From Octopus sinensis (Eukaryota): a stretch of DNA of 64,000 bases. Under the pieces are notes generated by a model. The model made no database searches and was not told where the DNA came from. It saw only the letters and a list, made by a program, of their open reading frames with translations. Numbering within the stretch: the stretch's first letter is position 1; the number at the start of each line of letters is the position of its first letter. Of the stretch, positions 39,836 through 51,142 are shown piece after piece. The translations under genes and the position numbers were made by a program. Location: positions 16,554,001 through 16,618,000 of the forward strand of contig NC_043022.1 of the NCBI RefSeq assembly GCF_006345805.1, read 5' to 3'.

Positions 39836-40293
39836 TTGACCTTTTAGCATTTAAACCAGCCATATAAGGCCCAAATATTCTAGCTGTTTTATATTCAAAT
39901 TGGTGAGATCCAGCTTCTCACACCTACCCTGCAATGTCTTTCTAAACATAAACAATCACATTATCAAAGTTTCAAAGCAACAAGGTAATGCCTGATTAAT
40001 ACAAAACAATTTGATTATATTTGGGGGGGGGGGGGGGTTCTAGAAAGTTCCTGGCTTAGGGTAAAAGAAAATACAGGATAATCAGTTAATTATGATTTTA
40101 TTCAACATGTTCCCCTCTCAGATTCACACACTTATTACAGCAGTCCTTCACTTATTCTAAACCCTATAAAAAGAACACAGAAAGCTGGGCCTCCAACCAG
40201 GCCTTTTTTGCGATACCCTTAAAGCCAGGAACTTTGCAGCACCCCTTTGTAAGCCTTACATTTGACAGAATAATCTGAATGCTAAAGGGTTAA
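39836..40293 (-). mobile_element. TTAA MITE family D interrupted by a mariner-like MITE
   Basis: ttgaccttttagcatttaaacc...ctgaatgctaaagggttaa; about 226 bp after removing the insert. Confidence 0.8.
40018..40251. mobile_element. Tc1/mariner-like MITE
   Basis: TIRs gggg..aaagttcctggctt / aagccaggaacttt..cccc, TA-flanked. Confidence 0.75.
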
Positions 40294-41390
40294 ACCCAAT
40301 CATTGACCAGAAACCGCTTCGGTTTCAAGTAAGAACTGTCTTGTAATTAAGTCCTAGAAATAGTTGTAGAAAAAAAAAAAACTGCATGGAATATTTTAGT
40401 TCCAAATATGTGGAGTAACACCCAATGACCATTAGGAAATTTGGGGATTATTAGATACTAAAACAACGCTGAAGGTTTTGTGTTTAGGATATTTTTTTCC
40501 AGAGCTAATACAATAGGTTTTCATTTGTTTGTATTTGCTAACCAATGTAATGGCACCATTCTTTGATTGACATTATACGTACTCTATAAATCTTTTATTA
40601 CCATCATCGTTATTCTCGTCATTATAGAAATACAACTTTCATTAAGTGCAAGTGAGTGAGATTGTCCATTATGAATCATTTATAGTTCACTATGCATTAC
40701 ATTGATTTAGCCGGAGTTAATGTCGTAAATGTATCAACTAAGTATTTATCTATTTGTTTTAGTAGCAATTGCAGCGTATTTGGAAATGTAATGACTTGTG
40801 AACGACTGGATGTAATTTTTAAAAACCACGTTTTCTAATTAATGTGTCAAGCTGTGTGCATCATGAAAATACAATAAAGTTTTGTTTTAATGAATCTCTC
40901 TAATGTGGCACCCATAGAAAATGATGCCCGGTTTGTTTGAGTATGAAATGAATTTTGTAAACATGGAGTGTGTGAAAGAGTAAGATGAAGAGAGTGACAC
41001 AGATTTACATCCGGGGTTCTAGACCAGAGCTGATGGTAGAAAACAGGAGTAATTCAATGATTGGTGGAGAGAGACAGAGAAATAGAGATACTCATGTGTG
41101 AATGCAAGATCAGTTTGTAAGGTGAACTCTTCGTCTCTCTCTCACTTAATTACCCTTTCATTTACTTCATCTATTTATCAATCAGTCAATTAATCAGTTT
41201 GCTTATTTAATAATTACGACTGTGGTAGTAACCAATCAACAATCTCCGTTCAAGTACCAGCTTCTAAAATGTGATAACGAAACAAAGATTGTCAATTTCA
41301 CTTTATTACCAGATTCATTTTCGTCCAAGGTCTTGTCTGTGACGCTCCCACTGGAACAAAATGACATGGGACTTTAATATATAAAAACTG

Positions 41391-41510
41391 TGAATGCATT
41401 GGGCCTAGTGGTTAAGATGATGCTCTCACAATCACTAGATCATGGGATCAATTCTCAGACCAGGCAATGCATTGTGTTCTTGAGCAAAACACTTCATTTC
41501 ATGTTGCTGT
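41391..41510 (+). mobile_element. SINE family C-related head fragment
   Basis: ggcctagtggttaag...tcaattctcagaccaggcaatgcattgtgttcttgagcaaaacacttcattt; homologous to 44591-44822 and to the 2262 head. Confidence 0.7.
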
Positions 41511-41513
41511 GCA

Positions 41514-41600
41514 GGTGGGGAGTGGCAGAATCATTGACACATCAGCAGAAGTGCTTTACAGTATATCTTCCAGCTCACTACATTCTGAGTTCAAATACCA
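41514..41600 (+). mobile_element. SINE family A head fragment
   Basis: tggcagaatcattg...acattctgagttcaaat. Confidence 0.65.
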
Positions 41601-41699
41601 CCTGCCTGCAGAAGGCAATGGGAAACCACTCCAGTATTCATCTCAAGTCTTGTTGTGGTGGCCAAAGTCCCAATAATCTACTTAACGGTATGACCAGGT

Positions 41700-41900
41700 A
41701 CCACTGGGAGAGGCCAGGTTTCCTACAAGTTTTAGTCTGCATTGCTGATGCAGTTCTTCGTCGAGTCCCCTCACTTCACCAATTATCCCTATTGCCAATT
41801 TCCAACCATGTTTCAATATTTTTGCAGGGGGATGGACTCTCCCTCTGGCTGATTTGCCCCTGGGACACATTACATACAAATCTTCACATGTGGTTCATCA
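41700..41900 (-). pseudogene. Possible RTE LINE C-terminal remnant
   Basis: Minus frames PRGKSARGR and KNIETWLEIGNRDNW resemble the RTE P.GKR.RGRP and W..LA.DR..W motifs. Confidence 0.45.
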
Positions 41901-42017
41901 TCTCATTAAGGATTAGGTGATACCACACAACATGCACACACACACACACACCTATCAATTCCAGATATTTTATTGATCTCTTTGTTAAAATAAAAACAAA
42001 AAATTCCCAGCCCTGAC

Positions 42018-42093
42018 CTGGCTGTGTAGTAAGAAATTTGTTTCCCGACGACCACGATCCAGGTTCACCTTAACCAAAGCTTGCATCATATAT

Positions 42094-42128
<35 letters not shown>

Positions 42129-42332
42129 ATATGTGTGTTTATCCCTCCACCATCACTTGATAATCGGTGTTGGTTTGTTTACATCCCTGTTACATTAGTG
42201 GTTTGATAAAAAGAAACTGATGGAATAATTACCAAACTTAAAAAGGAAAGAAGATGATTCGAATGCTTATACAATCCTACAAGGTGGTGCCCCAGCATGG
42301 CCACAGTCTAATGACTGAAACAAGTAAAAGAC
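42018..42332 (+). mobile_element. SINE family B with internal deletion
   Basis: ggctgtgtagtaagaa head; tail caaggtggtgccccagcatggccacagtctaatgactgaaacaagtaaaaga. Confidence 0.8.
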
Positions 42333-42542
42333 GATATGATGATGTGGGTGGAGAAGGTGACGAAGTTGTTAAATGTTGTTAGAGTTGAGAAGGGAAGTAG
42401 ATGTGGCTGGAGTTTGAACTCTGACTGACGATTTGGTAAAGAAGGAAAAACAATAACAAAAGAAAAAAAAATAAAGTCCTCAAGATTAATTGAGAGAGAG
42501 AGAGAAAAAGAGAGAGTGAAGATTAGGAAACCTCCAAACACA

Positions 42543-42544
<2 letters not shown>

Positions 42545-42573
<29 letters not shown>

Positions 42574-42720
42574 CACACCACACCACACACACACACCACA
42601 CCACACCACACCACACCACACACACACACACACCACACACCACCACACACACACACACACCACACCACACCACACTACACACACCCCACACCACACACAC
42701 ACCACACACACACACACACT
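42545..42720. repeat. (CA)n/(CACCA)n compound repeat
   Basis: Direct inspection. Confidence 0.9.
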
Positions 42721-43146
42721 CAGTCACAAACACATGCATAGACATTCAGATGTACATGCAAACACATACATACTCAAATACACACACACACACACGCATG
42801 CACACTCAGATATGCAATGTGCATATACGCACGCACACACACACATGTTTACATGGAATACATTTAGAGACTTCTCCATCGAAAGACTTTCTTTCTGACG
42901 TAAAGTATTACAACCGATTACAATGTTTGGAGGATAAAAGTTAATGTGATTTGGGGATCTTCATGCCTTAAGAGACTTTAGAATCATAACTCAAATTATG
43001 ATGAGGATGCTGAAATTTCATTTTGGCTCCTTTCTCCTCTCCACATCTCTCTCTCTCTCTCTCTCTCTCTTGCTCTCCACCCAGTGTTTTTCTCCTTCTT
43101 TCTTTTCCTACATCTCTCTCTCCCTGCCTTTCTCTCTCTCTCTCCT

Positions 43147-43190
<44 letters not shown>

Positions 43191-43964
43191 CCAGACTAGT
43201 TATCTGCCACATGAAAGATAGGTAAATGTTTGTTTTTCATCTCAGAAATGAGACGGGTAGGGTGGGGTGGCGGTGGTAGGGTGGCGGTAGGGGGTGGGGG
43301 ATTTAGTATTTATGAACCTGAAGGGGATACAGCAAGGATGTGAACTGCTGACTAAGAGTTTCTTTTCCATTGCCTCCCAGCAGATGTAGCAATCGCTGTG
43401 TTAAAAAAGAAAAACAAAACAAAACCCAAAAAAAAGAGGACAGTGGGTGGGTGGGGGTGCATGGAGAAGGCGGCGGCGATGGTGGTGGTGGTGGTGGTGG
43501 TGGTGTAGCAGCAAAAGCAATAACCAAAACAGCAAGTCAGAAATTCTTCAGTTCGTCTCAGAAAAAGGGTTAAGACTCTTAGACTCTTAGAAAAGCCTCT
43601 GAACATCTGTAGAGTTGGTGTAATTACTTCTCCTGTTTGGCTGTTTTATTTGTTTGTTCTGTGTTGTTTGTTGTTGTTGTTGTTGTTGTTTGTGTGTCTC
43701 TTCTACTTAGGTGGGAAGAACTTACTGCTTATGGAGGCAGAGTTGGCTCTCTGGAATCTGGGTAACATAATACCCACTTTAAAAGGCATGGTTGCCACTT
43801 AATGCATGAAATTATATAAATATTCTTACTTTCAAATCTCACCTGGAGAAATAATACTCAGCGACGGAAAGTCAGACAACGATGGACCACATCACTTTGT
43901 GCTTTTCACACACACACTCTCTCTCTCTCTCTCTCTCTCTCTATTTATCTATCTATCTATCTAT

Positions 43965-43967
43965 CGA

Positions 43968-44005
<38 letters not shown>

Positions 44006-44137
44006 CATACACTTATATATTTATATATATTTACATATTTATATGTACACCCATGTATGTATATAAATGTATATATATATTATATATATGCATTTATATA
44101 TATATTATATATATATATATATATTATATATATATGC

Positions 44138-44168
<31 letters not shown>

Positions 44169-44512
44169 GCATTATATATATATGCATATATATATATATG
44201 CATTTATATATATATATGCATATATATATATGCATATATATATATGCATATAATATATATATGCATTTATATATATATGCATTATATATATATATGCATT
44301 TATATATATATGCATATATATATATATATATGCATTTATAATATATATGCATATATATATATATTATATGCATATATATATGCATATATATATATGCATA
44401 TATATATATGCATTTATAATATATATATATATATTATATATATATATATATATGCATTTATATATATATATGCATATATATTATATATATATATGCATTT
44501 ATATATATATGC

Positions 44513-44550
<38 letters not shown>

Positions 44551-44556
44551 TATACA
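43965..44556. repeat. (TA)n array with recurring GCAT/GCATT interruptions
   Basis: Direct inspection. Confidence 0.95.
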
Positions 44557-44590
44557 TACAGAGAGATAGGGGGGGCATATGTGTGTGTAT

Positions 44591-44822
44591 GGAGGTGCAT
44601 TACTCTCATGATTGTAAGATTGTGGTTTCAATTCCTGGGCTGGGCAATGTGTTGTGCTTTTAAGCAAAACACTTCATCTGGTTTCCGGGTCCCCTCAACC
44701 AGCAAAAGTGAGTAATCTTGCAATGGATCAGTGTCCCAGGTGGTGGGTGGAGGATAATTTTTTTTTCAACAGAATCGAGCAAACCAACATTATGAGCCTA
44801 TGGCTTGAGAGGGACCTTTAAC
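44591..44822 (+). mobile_element. SINE family C-related element, decayed
   Basis: tRNA-like head, tgtgcttttaagcaaaacacttc, cttgcaatggatcagtgtccc, tatgagcctatggcttgag..acctttaacc. Confidence 0.65.
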
Positions 44823-45202
44823 CGTTTGATAATTAAAGCACCCAAGCCTAAAACTTAACCATGAATGAGATGGGGTCCCCACAACCCATATAAGTGAGCA
44901 GTATCCCTGAATGTGTGCTAACTCCAGCCATGGCAACCCATCTAATCTACACCAGGATTGAAAGCAGACGTAAAATGATGAGAATGAGCTCTTGTGTACA
45001 CACACACATACACACACACACACACACACAATTTTAATCTGTTTTATTTAAAACAGATTAAAATTATTTGGTGAAGAACCCTTAATTACTGTTGTAGACA
45101 CACACATGCATGCATGCTGAACAAACTGTCAGCATGATGTCAAATTCAAATCTGGTTTCAATTCCTGGCTGAAGTTAAATCACAGTTTACCCTAACACTA
45201 AT

Positions 45203-45625
45203 ACTCTTTACTCTTTTTTACTCTTTTACTTGTTTCAGTCATTTGACTGTGGCCATGCTGGAGCACCTCCTTTAGTCGAGCAAATCGACCCCGGGACTTA
45301 TTCTTTGTAAGCTCAGTACTTATTCTATTGGTCTCTTTTGCCGAACCGCTAAGTGACGGGGACGTAAACACACCAGCATCGGTTGTCAAGCAATGCTAGG
45401 GGGACAAACACAGACACACAAACATATACACACACACTTATATATATATACACATATATACGACAGGATTCTTTCAGTTTCCGTCTACCAAATCCACTCA
45501 CAAGGCATTGGTCGGCCCAGGGCTATAGCAGAAGACACTTGCCCAAGGTGCCACGCAGTGGGACTGAACCCAGAACCATGTGGTTGGTTAGCAAGCTACT
45601 TACCACACAGCCACTCCTGCGCCTG
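45203..45625 (-). mobile_element. SINE family B, full length, young
   Basis: CpG-rich; near-identical reverse complement of 53471-53912. Confidence 0.93.
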
Positions 45626-45874
45626 TGAAATTTAAAGAAGAAACTAAAGAAGGAGAAAAAAAACAAAACAATTGCAGACCGTCTCATTATCCTCTTTATG
45701 AAAATCTGGCCAATTAAGAAACTGTTATTAGCAATATCAGTTTCTAATTGTCATTTAGTGGAGGCTGACAGTTGTGAATTGTTGAAAGTGTCAATTTGTA
45801 GACATTTAACTGGCTCTGTCTGTTAATGTCCTTTCCATATTTACTTCATCTCATTATTAAAACACCGAAACCCT

Positions 45875-46101
45875 TTAACCCTTTAGTATTCAAACCGGCC
45901 ATATCCGGCCAAAATATTTAATCTGGTTTATGTTCAAACTGACCAAATCCAGGCCCTCACACCTACCCTACAATGTTGTGCTACATTAGGTAATTACACC
46001 ATCAAGATCTTGAAGATATGAAATAATGCATGATCAATTCAAATCAATGGGAATCAATAGGCATTATGTTTGGTAGAATAATCTGAACACTAAAGGGTTA
46101 A
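45875..46101 (-). mobile_element. TTAA MITE family D
   Basis: TTAA|CCCTTTAG...CTAAAGGG|TTAA. Confidence 0.9.
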
Positions 46102-46305
46102 GACAACCATGGAAAGGCTTAAAATCACTTATAGTTCTTAGAAAGGAAATATCTCATTTAAAGACCTCAAATGATTACTGGTACTAATTATGTTGAGTGG
46201 TTAGTTTCTTGGGGTGATGACTTCCTACCATTTACAATTTACTGTGTTGTTGTTGTTGTTGTCTAGCCCTAATCTGATTTGAACCAGTAGAACTATGATC
46301 AAAGA

Positions 46306-46466
46306 CTGGCTGTATCATAAGTAGCTTGCTCACCAACCACATGGTTCAGGGTTCAGTCCCACTGTGTGGCACCTTGGGCAAGCATCTTCTACTATAGCCC
46401 TGGGCCAACTAAAGCCTTGTGAGTGGATTTAGTAAACAGAAACTGAAAGAAGTCCATCGTTTATAT

Positions 46467-46516
<50 letters not shown>

Positions 46517-46573
46517 TCTGTTCGTTGTCTACACCACCTGTCTTCGTCTTTTGATTTATTTTGTGAATTCTCC

Positions 46574-46617
<44 letters not shown>

Positions 46618-47064
46618 CAAATAAGAAAATGGAGAGGATAATCAATCGACAAACATCACCCTGTAAGCATTCTTTTGTATCTATTTATTAATTGATTATA
46701 ATCATATATAAGTAATCTACATAAACAAATGAAATAAGTAAATAAACAAGTAAATATTTATTATCCCTTAGATGGTTGATTAACTTCTAACTCATTCAGA
46801 CATACATATATATATATATATATATATACCTCGCTCAGAGATTTATTATCGCTTATATATATATATATATATATATGTTGGATGTAAACATACCAACTGA
46901 TGCTGGTGTGTTTACATCCCTGTAACTTAGCAGTTCAGCAAAAGAGATTCAATAGAGTAAGTACTAGGCTTACAGAAAATAAGTCCTGGTGTTGAGTTGC
47001 TTGACTAAAGTCGGTGCTCCAGCATGGCCATCGTCAAATGACTGAAACAAATAAAAGAAAGAAA
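46306..47064 (+). mobile_element. SINE family B with ~430 bp of inserted material at the internal microsatellite
   Basis: 5' half 46306-46460, 3' half ~46895-47064. Confidence 0.8.
46514..46577 (+). mobile_element. Penelope-like element 3' terminus embedded in CA/TA repeats
   Basis: catctgttcgttgtctacaccacctgtcttcgtcttttg...aattctcccc|(TA)n; same organisation as the 3' end of 9001-9208. Confidence 0.45.
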
Positions 47065-47296
47065 GTAGCAAGCTGGCAGAATTGTCAGCTTGCTTTGCAG
47101 AATTGTCAGCTTGCTTGGCAAAATGCTTTGCAGCATTTCACCCGTCTTTACAAGTTGATGTTCTGCCAAGGTTGACTTTGCCCTTCATCCTTTCAGGGTT
47201 GATAAAATTAAGTACCAGTTGAGCCCTGGCGTCAATGTCATCAACTTAACCTTCTCCCACAAACTCGCTGGCCTTGTGCCAAAATGTGAAACCAAA
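47065..47296 (+). mobile_element. SINE family A with alternative tail and a short internal tandem duplication
   Basis: gcagaattgtcagcttgctt x2; tail ...gctggccttgtgccaaaatgtgaaacc. Confidence 0.8.
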
Positions 47297-49454
47297 TTTA
47301 TTCAAGAAATACATTATAAGTGAAAATACACTGTTTTTTTGTTTTTTTTAAATAATGTTATTTTAGTCACCGTGGAAACTGAAAAACATCTCTTCAAAAG
47401 GAAAGAAAAGAAGAAAATGATGTTTTTCGTTTGTTTTGTTATTAAGAAAACAAATCTAATTGCAACCATTTGTTGGTGTTTGTGTTAACACTTGAGTAAT
47501 TTTGAAAGACTTGGAGATAAGTGGAAGACTTCTTGTATGGTTATTAACTTGTTGGTTCCTTCAATAGTGTTGAAGGTGGAACACAACTACTCCAGTGGTG
47601 GGGGTCTTTTCAAAACTCAAGGGAGCTGTGTGGGTTTTGAGGGAAGGACCCATTAAGCATTCATTGGTCCCTTATTGGTTCCTTAGGCTACAGATCAATG
47701 TACTTACTGACCATCCTGTCGTAGGCCCTGGGTCACAGTCACCTAATCTCTATGGACTTGTTCCCAGTGACCCCCCTCCCAGTTCAATTCAATTTAATTT
47801 AAAATTATCATTTGCATGACACTGTTGAAGATAATAGAACATGATTAAAACCACAAATATAATTCCATAATTTATTTCAAATGTAATTACACATTTCTTT
47901 AGAACTAATTAATTTAACAAAATTGATTGTTGAAAATGACCCAAAGGCTACCAGCTTTTTCTGGTCTGATAGTGTTTTTGTATAAAGTCTGATAACACAC
48001 ATGTTTAGTTAATTTTTGTGAAATACCTCTATTATTTTTTTATAGTAGAAACCCTTATCTTTTTTTTAATGTCTCTCTTTGATGAGTTAAGGCTCTTATT
48101 TTTCAGAATTTGAAACTATTTTGGAGCAATAAAATTTCCTACATTTGACAGTGAATGTTTAAAATTCTATGCACTGTTCCTATTTCAATTAGTTACAAAT
48201 TTTCTGAAGTAGATAACAGCAAACCCATTCATAATTCTATGCTATGTAGGTCGGACAGATACATAAAACAAGCTCTTTTCAGCTTGTCTGTATCTTTTGT
48301 CATGTAAATCCTATAAAACTGTTGATTGATTGAGGGGGTGGATTAAGGAAATTAGGAAAATCTTAATCTGTTTTCCTTTTTTTATATATTTTACATGGAC
48401 AACATTTTGTGATATAAATCTGGTTTAGAAGTTGTTTTTTTTAAATTTATTATATAAGAGAAAATTATTTTTCCTGATATTATTTGATGTTCATTTAGGA
48501 AAGAAAAAATCAAAAATTTCAAATTTGTGCAAAATAATATCTGAGCTATAAGGCTGCTAAAAAAATATTCCAAGGAATTTTTTTGAGATTTTTTTTTTTT
48601 TTTTACAGACTGGAAAATCTGTTTCGTGTTGTTCTATAAAAATCAATCAATTGCTTTCATCTGAAAAGTACTTTTTAAAACACAATCACAAATAACAAGA
48701 GTGTGTTTGTATGTGCAATCTGATATGTTTTATTTGACAGAGAGAGAGAGAAAGAGCCAAATAAATTGAGCCAAGATAAAAGATTATTTTAGCACCAAAT
48801 GAGATTATTTCAAGACTGAAACCTATTTAGAAACATGTTATGTTCTCAATTTACTTGTTGGTGCCATTCGGGATTACAACCAATTTGTCAAGAAGAAACA
48901 CTGAGAACATCTCACCTCCAAAATACAAAAACAGGGGTTTGTGTTTGTGTTGTTTAATTAGCAAAGATTTCACATCTATTTTTTTTCTTTTTTACAGAAG
49001 TAAAAGAAAAAAAAATAGAATCATTAACATTTAGTTTGTGGTTCAATTTTAATTTTCTTGCTCAATTTAATACGCTTTTCCTCTCAGTGTAGAATTAATA
49101 AAGCTATTATGAATAAATGGTAGATAGAAGGTAATTTGATTCATTGCTACAACATCTGATCAACTACTATATAATTATTTAGTTTGAAATCCAATAGGGC
49201 TTGTATCATCGTCTCACTGGTGAGCTGCCGAGAGAAGAGAGACAGTGGTTAAGGCTGCTTAGGTTGTTGTTGTTGTTGTTGTTAATAACAAATGATGTGA
49301 AACTAGAGGCAAAAATCCAATTTGTTTCCCTCGTTAATGATCTGACATCTCACCTCACTCCTCCAGTTAATGCTTTCCACCGATGTTCCTGAGTTGATGA
49401 GAGATTCATAGAGTACGCACACACGCACACGCACGCACACACACACACACACAC

Positions 49455-49965
49455 ACATCTTCTATATATACATAGGTGTATTTCTACACACAAATATGTA
49501 AACACATGCATGTATGCACACACAACTACATTCACATATAATTCTATCTACATATACACACACATGCACACGCATATATTTCTACACATACATGTGTGTA
49601 TACACATGCACATATGAACATACACGCACACATGAATATACAGACACATATACTAATGTACACCCACATGTACACACACACGCACACACACACACATCTA
49701 TATATACACAGGTGTATTTCTACATACAAATATGTAAACACATGCATGTATGCACACACAATTATATTCACATATAATTCTATGCACGTATACACACACA
49801 TGCACAAGCATATATTTCTACACATGTATGTATACACATACATATGAATATACACCTACGCATATGAATATATATGCACAAGTATGAACATACACGCACA
49901 CATATGAATATATAGACACATATACTAATGTACACCCACATGTACACACACACACACATACATAG
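49455..49965. repeat. Tandem duplication of a ~240-270 bp degenerate CA/TA block
   Basis: Anchors ggtgtatttctaca at 49475 and 49711; tactaatgtacacccacatg at 49651 and 49923. Confidence 0.85.
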
Positions 49966-50044
49966 ATGCACACACGTACAAACGTTTCCTTAGATTTAAT
50001 TACTATTAAGGGTAGTGGTGGTGGCGGTGGTGTTGAGGTTCTCT

Positions 50045-50115
50045 TTATCTTTTTTTTTTATTTTATTTTATCTAGTTTCAGCTCACGAGCTGTGGCCATG
50101 CTGGGGCACCGCCAT
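50045..50115 (-). mobile_element. Free retroposon 3' tail module
   Basis: Reverse complement of 2544-2602. Confidence 0.75.
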
Positions 50116-51012
50116 TTAACATCTTGTCGAGATGTTTACAAAAAAGCTTGATTACATTGTCGGACAACTCAAATGTTTTCCTCCACCCCAGCTGCCACGT
50201 GCGGAGAGGGGGAGAGAGAGAGACATGTATCATATTCACCAGCCCTGCCACATGTGACTTCACACCCTCCTCCTCGCTTCTGCTTTTGGTTCTTTCTTTC
50301 TGTTTCAACCATCACAAACTGATCAGTTTTGACTAACAGGCTGTGACCCCCATCACTTCTTTCTTTTGGTTACATGTGGAATTTCAAGCTTCATGATCAA
50401 CTCAAAGAATGCCCTAATCTCCTTTTCATCATCCACCCCCTTTGCATTTCATATCATTTCTACTTTGTACCACCTTTTTTTCCTTTTGTTTGTTTTTTTT
50501 GTTATTGTTTGAAAATTTATTTTATTTGTTTTTCTTTGTGCTTTTCCATTGCTTTTTATTCACTCTTCCTCACCATGTTTTCTCATCATTAATACTTTGC
50601 CACACCCCCATCTCTGTATCCACCCCACCCACACCATGCTATCTTTTCCACCACCAACAACCTTGCCTGCTGCTTTTCATTTCATATCCCTTGCCCTTCT
50701 CTCTCTCTCTCTCTCCTGGTACTTCTAACAGTAACAACTTCCAACCAACAACACTTCTCTCTTACTTACCTGCTATGATCTGGCATTTTGCTTTTTCGTG
50801 GACATCCTATCCTCTAATTGTTTCTGCTAGCTTTTCTAAAATTCATTAGCAGTGTGGTTACCCATGCTTTCTCTGGTCTGTGCTGCAGTTAGATATGGTA
50901 AGAATATTATCATCATCATCACTATTATTACCATTATTATGTACTACTACTACTACTATACAGTGACTGCGTGCAAGTGTATATGTGTGTGTGTCTGTCT
51001 ATATATATATAT

Positions 51013-51142
51013 CCGAAATTGTGAAGATGATCCGGTTCTTGACTGATGATTGAGGGCTTCGAATGTCCTGTCCGTGTTTTTTTTTTGTGTCGTCTTCTAA
51101 ATGTTTCACGTTCTTGTCCCAGTTTGTATTTTTTTACTTTTA
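51013..51142 (+). mobile_element. Probable Penelope-like terminus within (TA)n
   Basis: CpG-containing unique block between TA arrays; begins ccgaaattg, contains ctgatga, T-rich 3' end running into (TA)n. Confidence 0.4.

Noticed and set aside
41390-41920. 176-aa plus-strand ORF
   Set aside because: Runs across SINE C, SINE A and RTE fragments; a chance open frame
47602-47651. ~50-nt hairpin; a similar one lies at 61994-62048
   Set aside because: Short or bulged stems expected by chance in 64 kb; no other support
48590-48640. Strong-looking splice acceptor (T)n-acag; similar ones at ~54490 and ~61171
   Set aside because: No convincing downstream donor or recognisable coding frame
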